A stretch of DNA of 64,000 nt from Azolla caroliniana (taxonomy: Eukaryota; Plantae; Polypodiophyta): NCBI GenBank assembly GCA_043228905.1, contig JBHGNT010000002.1, positions 16,740,001 through 16,804,000 on the forward strand, read 5' to 3'. Shown here piece by piece: positions 37,102 to 50,051 of the stretch. A program made the position numbers and the translations under genes. The notes under the pieces are model-generated. The model was not told the origin of the DNA. It worked only from the letters and a program-made list of their open reading frames with translations, and did not search any database. Every line of letters starts with the position of its first letter. The stretch's first letter is position 1.

Positions 37102-39527
37102 TGTTAGGATTTTGGCACCTTCGGATGGGATATGAGTACCCGACACGGAAGACCCGGTGAGAACCGGATGATGAGTACCCGACAAGGAAGACCCGGTGAG
37201 AACCGGATGATGAGTGCCCAGCAAGGAAGACCCGGTGAGAACCGGATGATGAGTGCCCGACAAAGGAAGACCGGGTGAGAACCGGATGATGAGTGCCCGA
37301 CAATGGAAGACCCGGTGAGAACCGGATGACGCAGGCCCGGTGAGAACCTCTAACCGGATGAAGGGGCATATATGTAAATATGTTTCTGTTAGCCCATTGT
37401 GGCTATCTTTGTAAATAGCATGAAAGTCATATTAGTATAAATATGCCCTAGGGCAAACAGAGTTAGTGTGTGTATCATTGTGTTGTCATTATTTTGTATA
37501 GAGTTATTCGTGTAACTGTTGTACAGAGCGTAGCAGAGGGAAAGAGAGAGAGACAGAGTGAGTCTCTGTTGTAACCGTCGCTAGGCGAAGATCGTGAGCA
37601 CGAGGTTGCTGCCTCCGTGTTTATCTGTTGTATTCCTCTCGACATAGTGATAGTTGGAGTTTGTGAACTCCCGTGGTTTTTCCCATTTAGGGGTTTCCAC
37701 GAAAACATACTATGTACTCTTTTTTCAGTGTTTTGTGTATACGTTCATACATCTCCTATTCCCATCTTTTTGTGGTTGATCCTAAGACTCGGTTGTGGCC
37801 GAGCAATATTCCGCATATTCTTTACAAACTGGTATTAGAACGAAACGACACAGAAAATGGAAGATTCATTTGGTTCAAGCTCACTGGCTCCAACTACTCA
37901 GTGTGGAAGTTGAAGATGAGGGACATGCTCGTGGTTAAAGATCTTTGGTTTCCGGTTCAGTTCGGGGACAAGAGACCGGACAAGATCGATGCCACGATAT
38001 GGGAGGTGATGCACATGAAGACAATGGCATACATACGGTGCTTCATCGACATGAGCCTGTACAACAACTTTAATGAAGAGAGCAAGCCTCATGAGCTCTA
38101 GGAGAAGATCGGCATTATGTTTCAGAACAAAAATGTTGTTAATCGACTTTCGGTATTCCGGACTCTAGTGCGGCTCCGATACCAAGATGGCTCCAGCATG
38201 GCAGAGGACATGAATGCCTTCTAGGGGCTAATTCACCAGGCAACATTGTTGGAAGTACCTCTCGGCGATGAGGTACTAGCATTACTCCTGCTTGGTTCCC
38301 TCCCGAATAGCTGGGAGACGTTAGTTGTCACTTTGGGCAACGTCGGGCCGGAAGGAAAACAACTATCCCTAGCAAGAGTCAAGTCGAGTTTGCTAGATGA
38401 GGAGGCATGTCGGAAAGATAAAGAGGTGATCTCTGACTCCAAAGCGCTCCTTACCGAATCGGAACATGGAAGACAAAGGAATCGAAGTCCCCAGAACCGG
38501 GAAAGGTCGGGGACACGGTCAAAATCAAGGGGGAGGCCCACTTGCTTCTATTGCGGCAAGTCGGGGCACTTCCAGAAGAACTGTCGGCATTTCCAAAAAG
38601 ACAAGGAAACTGACAGTACCAATTCGAAGCGGTCATCGGACCAGAACGGTAAAGACCGGAGGGGACCAGACCGGAAGGGAACGATGGCAATCACCGAGGA
38701 TTGGAGTTAAAACCTGCCGGCGACGAGACAACGTGGGTTGTCGATTCTGGAGTGTTCTTCCACCTTACCCCGGACCGGAAATGCTTCTCATCCTACATAG
38801 CCAGTGAGCATGGTTGTGTCCGAATGGGGAATGAAGGTACATGCTGAATTGTCGGCATAAGAGACGTGTGGTTGACAACACCAACCGGATGCAAGCTGCT
38901 GCTGAAGGATGTCTGACACATTCCAGAGGTTTGACTGAACCTAATATCAGCCGGTCAGCTAGACGATGGAGGCTACACGGGTAGCATTCGGAATGGAGTC
39001 ATGAAGTTCAGCAAAGGGAGCCTAATAGTGGCTCGGGCCCGAAAAGTCAACACGTTGTACCTAATGAATGCCCGGTTATGCCGGGAAGAAGTGAACGTGG
39101 CCTCTGACCTTGCCGGTGAGCTATGGCACAAAAAACCGTGTCACATGAGCGAGAAGGGGATGAAGAGGCTTGCCGATGACAACCTCATTCCGGTGAAAGA
39201 CGTGCATCTTGAGAAGTGTACTGACTGCCTGGCCGGTAAGCAAAACCGGACCTCCTTCTGCTCAAGGCCACCGATGAGTGTAATGCAGCACTGGAGCTGG
39301 TGCATACAGATGTGTGTCAAGTGGACACGATGTCACATGCCGGATCAAGTAGACGACCACATGTCACGATGTCAAGTAGACGACCACAGCTGGAAGCTGT
39401 GGGCCACACCATTGAAGACGAAGGATCAGGTGTTATCCATCTTCAAGGAGCTCCACGCAAGAGTGGAAAGAGAAACCGGCTGGAAGCTGAAGGCGGTTCG
39501 AGAAGATAATAGAGGAGAATACCTGGG
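37102..39527 (+). mobile_element. Ty1/Copia E1 (Tnt1/Tork-like): 5' LTR 37102-37826, PBS, gag, protease, start of integrase
   Basis: TGTTAGG...TTACA then TGGTATTAGA; KLTGSNYSVWK, LLLLGSLPNSWETLVVTL, CFYCGKSGH, WVVDSG and LWHK. Confidence 0.9.
37131..37360 (+). repeat. 39-bp tandem repeat (~5.5 copies) in U3 of the E1 LTR
   Basis: Unit GAGT(A/G)CCCGACAAGGAAGACCCGGTGAGAACCGGATGAT. Confidence 0.9.
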
Positions 39528-39565
39528 ACTTTCCGGCTTGGGAACAAGTGGCAAGCAGGGTAATG

Positions 39566-41640
39566 TGTTGAATTCAAACGGAATATTCGTGAGAAAGATA
39601 TGCCGAGCATACACAACTCGAAAATAGAATAACAACAACAAAATGAACAAGATACACAGTGTTTAACATGGAAACCCTAATCGGGAAAAACCACGGGAGA
39701 AAGAGAGATCCAGTATACAAAAATATAATAAACGGTTACAATCTTCTCTAATGCACACAGAGAACCCGCTTAGGGTTCTTAGCAAGTCCACCGAACTTTG
39801 CTGCCGCTCTCTCTCGCTCACACACTCTCTCTTCTCTGTCACACTCTACAATAGAGGCTCACAACTATTCTATTCTGCACACTATGTTTGCCCTAAGTGT
39901 ATTTATACTTATACACTATATAGGCTATTTACAAATGTAGGCACTGCTACTATCATTACTATTATAACAATAATAATTATTCAAACGACTTATCGACTAG
40001 TCGACTCCAGTGTCAACTGTCCAAGCGGCCTAACTAGTCGGCCTTGTCTTCGACCATCCGGTTGGCCCGACAAGTTGGTCATGTCTTTGACTTGGACTGT
40101 CCTATTGTTGACTCTTCATGTCTTCAATTGTTGGTACTCGGCCCGACCAGTCGGTTGCTCCCATAGCAGGGACATATTCCTAACATGCTCCCCCTTCACT
40201 CCTATGGGTGGATTTGGTAGTCTTGTCCTTTGTCATTAGACTCTGAGTTTGTCCATTGGTAGGTTCTTTGTCACCATGTCAGATCCATTTTCGCCAGTAT
40301 GGATCGTCACAAGGGTAAACTCTTCTACGACATTGCTTGACATTCAACTTGCAGTTGATCGGCAACACAGAGCCGACTGGCTTTGCCTTTGACATGTTGA
40401 ATCTTTCTAGGATCTTCGTCGCGTACTTCTCTTGTGACAACCACAACACTTTCTTAGTTCTATCTCGAACTATGTGCATCCCTAAGATCTGCTTTGCCGG
40501 TCCAAGATCTTTCATGACAAACGACTTGCCTAGTGCTTTCTTCAAGCTCACGATCTTCTTCGTGTCTTGTCCGACTATCAACATGTCATCCACATATAAC
40601 AAGAGAATTAAGAAGTCACCTTCATCATACCTTTTGATGAACACACAATGATCAACCTATGTTTTCTGGAACCTATGTTCCACCATAAAGGACTCAAACT
40701 TCTTGTACCATTGGCGTGGAGCTTGTTTCAACCCATACAAGCTTTTCTTCAATCGACACACTAGGTTCTCTTTCCCTTTCGCCACAAAGCCTTCGGGTTG
40801 CTGCATGTAGATCTCTTCATCCAACTCCCCGTGCAAGAATTCTGTTTTTACATCCAACTATTCAATCTCTAGATCCATGTTCACAACAATGCTTAGAACA
40901 GTTCGGATGGATGTCATTTTCACGATTGATGCGAATATTTCGTCGAAGTTGACACCCTATTTCTATTGGAATTCCTTCACCACAATGCGGGATTTGTACC
41001 TGGGTGTGATGTCGACTTCTCCAGTCTTCACCTTGTAGACCCATTTGTTTCTGAGTGCTCTCTTACCTTTTGGTAGCTCCACCAAGTCGTACGTATAATT
41101 TTCGTGCAAGGAGTCTATCTCATCTTGCATCGCACTCTGCCATTTTTCTTTGTGCCCATTGGCTATGGCTTCTTCATAACACTCAGGTTCACTTTGATTA
41201 GTCAAGAGGATGTATTAACTGGCATATGTCGTCGGTGCCCTCCTGTATCTCCTTCCACTCGTTGTCAGCTCCAGTTCGGATGTCTCTGTCGACTCTACTC
41301 TTGGCTCAGATTCATGTGTTGAGCGGTCATTGGGAGTTAGCTGATTCCAACTCGAAGTCTTCAATCGACTTCAATAGGTCCACCGACTCCGACTCTTCTG
41401 TGTTTGTCGGTTGCTCCGAGTCGACCGACTCAGATTTGGCTGTGCCGATTGGTTGTCTCTGAACAACCGAATGTGTCGGTTCACTTGGCCTTAAGTCGGT
41501 AGTAGTAGGGGTTGACTGGGAAGTCGATTCAGACTTCTGTTGGTTCCAATCCTCTATTGTATTGTCTTCCAAAAGGACTACATCCCGACTCCTCACTACC
41601 TTCTTGTTGACTAAGTCCCACCACCTGTAGCCAAACTCAA
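39566..41640 (-). mobile_element. Ty1/Copia F (Tnt1-like) 3' part: integrase tail, RT, deleted RNase H, PPT, 3' LTR 39566-40185
   Basis: [30 protein letters not shown] and LLLYVDDML; PPT GAAGGGGGAG before TGTTAGG on the minus strand. Confidence 0.9.
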
Positions 41641-42336
41641 TGTGGATGGAACAACATTGCCCTAGTATCCAAGAGATGAAAGGGAGGCTTCTCCTTCTAG
41701 GATGACAATGCTATGTGAATGAGAGGTGACTTCAGAAAAGAAGTCAAAAGAGGAGAGAAGATGGATGAGGTGTTGTCAAAATTGAACGAGGATAATGTGA
41801 AAACATTGATGAAATACATGAAGCAGGCTGAGATTGCAGCATATAGAGGTGTGACGGGAACACAACCACCACCTTGCCTTCTAGAATATGGAGGATTGGA
41901 CAAACTAGAGGTCACAGTTGTGGGGGCAAAAGAGGTGGAAGGGGAGGTCACCAAGCAAACATGATGGTAGTAGAAGAAGAGGATGGAGCAAAGGTGGTGT
42001 TCACCAAAGCGGATCAAGCTCTCTTACAAAAACATAGGAGGAAGCAAATATCCACATTCATGCCAAGGGGTAATGTTGCTACCTATACATATGTTAGGAT
42101 TTTGGTCACTCCGGATGGGATATGAGTACCCGGCAAGGAAGACCCGGTGAGAACCGGATGACGTAGGCCCGGTGAGAACCTTTGACCAGATGAAGGGACA
42201 TATATGTAAATATGTCTCTGTTAGCCCATTCTGGCTACATTTGTAAATAGCCTGAAAGTCATAATAGTATAAATATGACCTAGGGCAAACAGAGTATCAG
42301 GTTGTTGCATTTTTGGGTGTAACTACTGTATAGAGC

Positions 42337-42340
<4 letters not shown>

Positions 42341-42418
<78 letters not shown>
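42341..42418. repeat. (CA)n microsatellite within E2 LTR
   Basis: About 39 CA units. Confidence 0.95.
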
Positions 42419-42421
<3 letters not shown>

Positions 42422-42433
42422 ACCTTGAACAGT

Positions 42434-45400
42434 GGTGGCATACTAGAGCATGCAATCTGTAAACAACTTGGCCTCTTTATAGCAATATTCCAAAGAATAC
42501 ACATCTGATATCGATTTTGAGCATTAGCACTAGGAGGCAGCAAGATCTTTCCCAATTTTTCCATCACGGACCGTAATATTGGCCAAACCACTGAATATGT
42601 GCAGTGAATATGTATTTTCGGCTTAAATGGGGTACATTTATAGGACATTGTTTCCATTGTGGTGTGTTGGGGCATTTTATGGCTGAGTGTCCTCAAAAAA
42701 GAAATAATGTAGTGGAGGTGGTACATGAAGAGCCTACAAATCATCATCAGATTCAAACTTTGACAATTTCAGAGCAAACAAAGGAACCACAAATTGTGAA
42801 TGAGAAGGATGGAAAGACTCTAGAGGATGAAGGACAATGGCCAATAGTTTCTGGAAAGATGAAGAAGTCTAATAAGAATGTTGGGCATAATGTATCTATG
42901 GAGAAGGGCACACAGATTCAACAAACAAATCCCATGCGGAATAAACCATGGACTCGTCAAGAGGACTATCCAAAGAAATTATCTTTTGATAATAAAGGTA
43001 ATTTGTATGTTACTTGGAATAAACGGAAATTGGTTCCTCGTTCACATGAGGAGCCATCAGGGTCTGGAGTTTTGCATTCTCATAGTAATTCATATGCAAT
43101 CTTAGGGGATTTATTTCAAGATATGGCAGAAACATTAGCACTGAAGGAGAAAGAGATTCCTCGAATAAAAGGAAAAAATAAAGTATGAAGATCACCACAT
43201 GGAATGTGAGGGGTTTGTGTTCTAGATTTAGAATGCATGAGGTTTGGAGGATTGTGTTAAGTGAGCAATGGGATGTTTTATGTGCAGTAGAGCATAAAGA
43301 TCATCATAATGCTGGTTTAACTAGTTGTTGTAAGGGTTATACATTATGTTATGCTGGCAAGGTTCATGGGGATTATTCTGGGATTTTCATGTTTATAAGA
43401 GATAAATTTCACCCAAAAGTAATTGTTTCAGATGAATTTGGAAGATTTATTGTGGTAGAGATATGTTATGAAGGGCAAGTTCTTTGGTTAGTTGGTGTGT
43501 ATGCATCGAATGTTTCACAAGAATGAAGGTTGTTATGGAGATCTCTGACCTCGATGCTTGATAATGGTAGACCCGGTTTATTGATGGGAGATTTTAATGT
43601 TTGTTGTGAGACAAATCAATCAACATCCATCCACTCTATTATGGATGGACCAGAGGCTCAAGAATAGGGAGATTTTGAGACTAAAATCATGTTAAGGGAT
43701 GTATGGAAGTGGATTAAGGGAGATGAACTTGGTTATACCTTTCAATCGGCTCAATATAAGGATACTTGGAGTAGGTTGGATCGAATGTATGTAATGCATA
43801 CCGAAGGATTTTTACCAGAGATTTTGGATATTTCAGTGTCTTATGGGTCAATTATATCAGATAATTTCCCATTAATTTTTGAATTCACTCACCACTCGTA
43901 TAGAGATTTTCATGAGTTTTTAGGAAAACCACCGTTGATTTTTAATTCATCATTTTTGGATCATGAGGTCTTCCATGCCTATGTGTCAATTGATTGATGC
44001 ATTTGCCTATCATGTTCAATTTGATGGGTATGAAGCGTGGGAAGTATTTGTTGCAAATGTTCAGAGGTTAACTAGGTATTATGGAATTCACCATGCTTTT
44101 AAAAGGAGAAAGAAATTAAGTCTCCTAGTTAATTTGCTTGATAAATGCAACTCATTGTTAACTTATTGGCCAACGGATGTAGAGTTGTTGGGATATCAAG
44201 AGGTATTAATTTCTGCGATGCATGATCTAACGGAAAAAAATTATCAACATACTAAACTACATCGTCTAGGACAAGAAGTGGATGATGCTAATTGTCAATC
44301 ACATAAGTTTTTTCATGACCTTCATGAATCACATGCACGACATAATGTGGTAGGGTTAGAGGAAAATGGTATCACGTGTTCCGATCCTCAAGAAATTGTG
44401 AAGAAATGCATAGACTATTATACACATTTGTTGGATGTACAAGTTTGTATCGATGATAATGTTAAAAAGGATAGAGATGTATTTTTTAATGGAGTGAAAA
44501 ATCATGTATCGCATGATGTGGCACAATCATTAGATGCTAATATTTAAGAGGATGAGGTGGAACATGTCATGTCACATCTTGCTAATGATAAGAGTCCTGG
44601 GTGGGATGGATTAACAAATGAACTCTTTAAGAAATATGTGATTAAGTTAAAGGGGCCTTTTACGGTTTTATTTCAGAAGGTGTGGACATCGGGGGAAATG
44701 CCTCATTCTTGGAAGATTGGTTTGATAAAACTTTTGCCGAAGGTGCCTTCTCCATCTTCCTTTGCTCAATGGAGGCCTATTTCATTGATGGGGGGAATGT
44801 ACAAGATTTTTGCAAAAGTGATAGCCAATAGGTTGCATAAGGTTTTACCTTCTATTATTCATAATGCTCAATATGGGTTTTTAGCAAAAAGAGATATTTT
44901 ACATAATATTTTAAATGTTCAAATGGCAATTGACTATGCAAAGGATTCGAAGCAAGAATTGGTGTTGTTACAATTGGATATCGAGAAAGCCTATGATAAT
45001 GTGGATTGGTCGTTTATAAATCAATTGATGTCTCATATGGGTTTTGGTGATCGTATGTCTAAGTTGATATACACATTACGGGAGGGTTCGGTTTCACATG
45101 TGATGTTTAATGGAGGAGTAACACAACCGATTTCTATTCGGAGGTCAGTTAGACAAGGATGCCCGGTAAATCCTTTACTATTCACTATTGTGACACATCC
45201 TATTCTTGTTAAGTTACACAATATGGCTATGGAGGAAGAATTGCTTGGACTAAGGTTGCCATCAGGGAAGCCATGTATTGTTCAAGCTCTAACAAATGAC
45301 CATATTATGTTTTTGGCACCTAACCGGAAAAATATTAGTAAGACAAGAGATGTGTGGGAATTGTTTTCAAATGCTTCAGGGTTGAGAATTAATATACATA

Positions 45401-47157
45401 AATCTGTCCTCATTTCATGTATAGAACAAGATGTGTTGGGGTTGGGGTGGTCAGGAAGGATAGTACATCGTGGTATGATTTTTTGTCACCTTGGATATCC
45501 AATTGGGGTGGAAGTTTCTCATGTGAAACTTATTGAGTGGGTGTCCAAAAGGTTGGAGGATAAGTTTATGTATTGGAGGTCTCAAATTTGGCCTTTTCAT
45601 GTATGACTTAAGGTGGTCCAATCGATTATGGTCTCTATGGTATCTTATTATCTTCCTTTACTCCCATGGTCAAAGAAAGCTCTTGAAATATTGACACGCT
45701 CGATGCGAATGTTGTTATGGAAAAAAAAAGGGAAAAGTGCCTTGTCATGGTTGGCATGGGATCATGTTTGTACTCCGAAGCGTCTTGGCGGGGCATCAAT
45801 ATTAAATCTATATGAGCATATGGTGGCTCGCCGATTTACTTTCATTCGATTTATGTTTGAAGTTGTACAACCTTGGACAAAAATGGTGACATACTTTATA
45901 GAGAAGAACGGAATCAAGCTTGGAAACATGAAGGTTGAAGCAAATTGGTGGAATGTAATTAATTTTGATAGGGATGTCAAATGTGCAGGGTCTATGATAG
46001 TTCATCATTTGTTGACATCATGGCAAAGTATGTTAGATTTTGTGGAATGGCACCCCCCACAAGAAAGGGGATGTGCCAATTCATTACAAATGGAGGTTTT
46101 GGCGACATCAAGGTTGTTGAAGTGGGAAGGTAAGCAAATTTTTAACCTTCAATTTAATCGGATGGCTAGATTGGGTTTGGTAACAATTAAGGATGCTATG
46201 TTGGTGTCACAAAGAAGATTAATGGCTTTTTGAACAATCAGATCAACATTTCGTATTCCAAAAGGTTATACCTTTATTTGGGATAAGTTGCAACAAATAC
46301 TATCTTCGTATGAGCCAATTCCTTATTTAGATGGGCGATCTCAAGAGCTTGATTGGAGGTTTGTTGGAAATAAGAGATTGACTATGATCTCAACAAATGT
46401 TGCTTATCACACGATGATTAACAAACATAAGTGGTTGGAAGAAAGGGTTATAAAGATATGGGGGTTTCATAAGCCCATTACTTGGTGGCTTCATGTGATC
46501 AAGGCAGGTTGGTGTTCTCGATTAATGCTACGAGCCAAGGTATTTGTTTGGAGAGTTATGATTGGAACTTTACCATTGGGGGATGCATTAAAAAAAAGAA
46601 ACATTACTAAAGGATTGTGTTTCTTTTGTTCGGTAGAATTGGAACATAGTAGGCATCGATTTATTTCTTGCCCAATGGCAAGGATGGTTTGGAGGTGTAT
46701 CAGTTTAGTGTGGATGTCTCTAATTGGAGTACGTCTATCTTCCTTCAATAGGGTTTTTGCACATATGGAGAACAATGAACCAATGCCTCATTCTCAAATT
46801 ATTTTTGAGTTCTTGAGGTATTGGGGGCTATGGTTCAATTGGAATATGTGGAATGCCTTCAATGTTTATTCGCAAGTGGGGGTGAGAAAATATGTTCTAA
46901 AGTTAAAAGGACTTCTTTTGTGGCAATTGACAGTGCTAGAGAAGTCACGAAATCTCAACCAGGAAGAGAGAGAACTCTGCAAGGTCACATATCATCATAT
47001 TCACCATTTGAATTGGTGTGTAGGGTGGCATTGAGTTTGGTGTCGTAGTTTTCTTTAGATCCCTAGATAGAAGGGGTTCTATAGTTTATTGTAAGTTAGT
47101 CATGGTGGTGTTTTTTCTTTTGTAATGAAAGCCATTATTTACGAAAAAGAAGAAGAG
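42434..47157 (+). mobile_element. L1-clade LINE, 5'-truncated with 5' inversion; 16-bp TSD
   Basis: TSD AGAGACCTTGAACAGT at 42418-42433 and 47158-47173; ORF1 knuckle CFHCGVLGHFMAEC; ORF2 with APE, RT and zf-RVT; short A-rich 3' end. Confidence 0.95.
43185..47034 (+). pseudogene. L1 ORF2 (endonuclease-RT-zf-RVT) with several stops and a frameshift
   Basis: TWNVRG, MGDFN, SRLDR, SDNFP, KSPGWDG, WRPISL, LDIEKAYD, RQGCP and CFFC..HRFISC. Confidence 0.92.
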
Positions 47158-47645
47158 AGAGACCTTGAACAGTCTCTGTTGTAACCGCCTGTTGGCGAAG
47201 ATTGAGAGCACGAGGTCGTTGCCTCTATGACTTATTACTGTTGTATTCTTCTTACATAGTGATAGTTTGGAGTTTGTGGGCTCTCGTGGTTTTTCCCCAT
47301 TTAGGGTTTTCCACGGAAACATACTGTGTTCTCTTGCTCTACTGTTTGAGTGTATAGGCATATTTCTCCCTATTCCTATCTTTTTGTGGTTGATCCTAAG
47401 AATCGGTTGTGGCCGAGCAATATTCCACATATTCACGTCAGCATATTCCGCCAAAGGTATTGGTAACACACATACTCTTGCCTCTACACCAGAATCGATA
47501 ATTGATTTTGGTGCATCTAGGCATGTGACGGGTAATGCTAGCAAGTTGTCATCGTATACTCACTTAACAATACCTGAGAGCATTCAATCTATTGACGGTA
47601 CAACACAACCTGTAGTTGGTATAGGTACAATGAAATGTAGTATCG

Positions 47646-48950
47646 ACTTTTCCTTGCCGGTTTACGGCGCCGCTTTGACTCCCCCTGCTTGTGAGGGTCC
47701 GGAACGGTTGTTGGCATTATTTCTGTGCCTCCGGTTCTACTCTTGCTGGCCGCCGCTATTGCATGCCGACCCACCTCATCCCCCACACCCATGGGGATGA
47801 TCTGCCTCGGTGTTCAACATCTAGTTGTCCGGTTGAGTGGTCCTCGACCCACCCCCGTGGTTTTCTTCGATCATCAACATTGATTGTAAGACGGTGGTTT
47901 AGGGAGATCGCTATTTGGATTGGCCCGTACCATTGTGCTAGACCATAGAGTCAGATCTGGACCATTTCTTCTTCATCCACCGTCACGTTGATGAACCCCA
48001 ACACGTCACATATCTCCTTTATTTTGGTGGTGTACTCGGTAACCGACATGTCCCACTGACGGATATTGTTGAGCTCTAGTTAGAGCTGCAACGTCTGGGC
48101 TTTTGTGCTTTCCATGAAAATCTTCTTCAAATTCTCCCAAGGTTTTTTCAACGTTTTTGCATCCTTGATGTAGCCGAGCATCTAGTCGTGCACACAGGAC
48201 GCGAGACAGTATAACACTCTATTCGCTCCTTGTTCCCATGCTGGGAAGTCATTGTGTTCCGGATCCGGCATTACTTCATTCTCTCCCTCGACATAACTCC
48301 AGTATCCGTGTCCAAGCAGATACTGGTGCATCTTGTAAGACCAAGATGTATAGTTATTCCTATTGAGTTTCTCCGTCGGGAGCGAGCTTGCCATCCCTAT
48401 GTCCATTTCTTTTCTTTCCGATGTGTGCTTTTCCGGAAGTTAGGGTTTTTCTATGGAAATCTCTTGTCGGCAGCAGAGGTTCTCAACCCTCGCGCTCTGA
48501 TACCATGTAAAAAGTAGCCTGCAGAAGCTTGTAGATGAAACTGGCTTCACCGGATAACAACCGAGAATATGCATAGGTTTAATGGAAAGCTTTGTCACAC
48601 AGAGAGAGTACATGGGAGAGACAGAGAGAGAAGAATACTAAATTCAGTTCAAAATAATAACATTCTGCACATACGATGTCCTACAAAACACTTTCTATAC
48701 AAGTCCTTAAAAGGACTGCTAGAAGTACTGACATGTACTTCAATGCTCATACGAGCAATTGGCATAGAATCCCATATGCCTACGTACTAGGCTAGATTTC
48801 ATAGGCCTCTAACGGCCTACCGGTTAATACTGATCCGGATTACAATCTGGCTCTTGGTTCCGGACACCGATCCGGTTCTTTGATCCAAACTCCAATCCAA
48901 CTTTGGCTTATTTAGCCGATCCAAATCCGGTTGAGCTTGTCCGCTCAACA
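47646..48950 (-). mobile_element. Copia D2 5' fragment (LTR 48506-48950, PBS 48494-48505, partial gag)
   Basis: MASSLPTEKLNRNNYTSWSYKMHQYLLGHGYW; TGGTATCAGAGC. Confidence 0.93.
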
Positions 48951-49351
48951 AAAGTCTTCACAATATCCTGTACTTGAACTTGAAGTAAGAATATGTGAAA
49001 ACTTATTCATGATGCGGATTATTCATCAATAGTACATTGCATTGCGTAAGAATATGTGAAAACTTATCAATCAATTTCCTACGTCTTTTAGCATTAGTCA
49101 TACCATACATAGGATGAATATCACTAATGTTTTGTAGTGTTGTATTCCATGCATGGCATCCTTTTGAAATGACTTGTTCTAAAAACACGCCAACAATTTG
49201 TTGCATATAGGCATCAAATAAGGAATGTAATAATAAAGAAAAATTAAACCTCAAAGGAACTTGATCAAGCAATATTTTGTACATATCTACCCCATGTTTA
49301 TTAAACTCAAAACATATGGGAAAATGATCTGATGTCACAACCTCTTGCATA
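48951..49351 (-). mobile_element. LINE ORF2 fragment (end of endonuclease)
   Basis: SDHFPICFEF...PLRFNFSLL resembles the L1 at 43850-44170. Confidence 0.75.
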
Positions 49352-50048
49352 TGATACGTAGAGGAGACTAAGAAGTGTTGTAACTAAGTGGATTTTACCA
49401 AGAGAGAGAGAGATTATATTATTGTCTTCGGAGGTCAAATATGACCTATGAAACCAAAAAATTACATTTCCCGTGATACATGTGAAAGTGAGTAGCGACT
49501 CTCAATGTTCAAGAACTTTACCAATGAATGTTGCAATCGAGAGCGCACATTGTGGCTGTGAGAGAAATTCATGTAAGGTCGAATATGGAAAGCATGGTCG
49601 AATATGATCAAAGGCAAAGCATTGTATCAAATTGTGAACTTGTTTAGGGCAAAGTGTGCATAGCCGCTCACTCTCATCACTTGTGTTGATGGGTGGGGGG
49701 TGGAACCAAGAACGGTTCCACCCCCTCCCAAGGGGGTTGAGAGAGTATGAGGAAGAGAGAGAGAGAGATACACAATTATTCAAAGGCAAAACCTCTACTT
49801 TCATTCATGCCCCCTATGGTGGGGTTATAGAGGTACATTACATGAGGGTTACAAATCAAGAACATACAATGAGGCTTGTAGGTTAGTTACATAACCTTCC
49901 AACAACCTACCCATTTTACATATTTTCACACATTCACATAAACATGCATGTGTTTAATATATTAATATACTCACACTTATATGCACATTTGCACATACAC
50001 TTATACATGACTTTTAATATAAGACTTCACTTATCTATCCACGTACCA
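49352..50048. mobile_element. Probable solo LTR
   Basis: Terminal inverted repeat TGATACGT...ACGTACCA; right flank cut by D3 after 3 bp. Confidence 0.55.
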
Positions 50049-50051
50049 ACA

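Larger units (their letters stand above)
42092..47440 (+). mobile_element. Solo LTR E2 (42092-42433 and 47158-47440) interrupted by an L1
   Basis: Homologous to the E1 LTR on both sides; TGTTAGG...CGTCA termini; flanks ACATA/GCATA. Confidence 0.85.
41641..47645 (+). mobile_element. Copia gag-protease fragment (41641-42091 plus 47441-47645) split by solo LTR E2
   Basis: Frame rejoins as RGGRGGHQANM...GNVATYT/YSAKG..IIDFGASRHVTG..DGTTQPVVGIGT (Copia protease, Ale-like). Confidence 0.65.

Noticed and set aside
37131-37360. CRISPR-like array
   Set aside because: Units are head-to-tail with no unique spacers, lie inside an LTR, and there are no cas genes; the DNA is eukaryotic.
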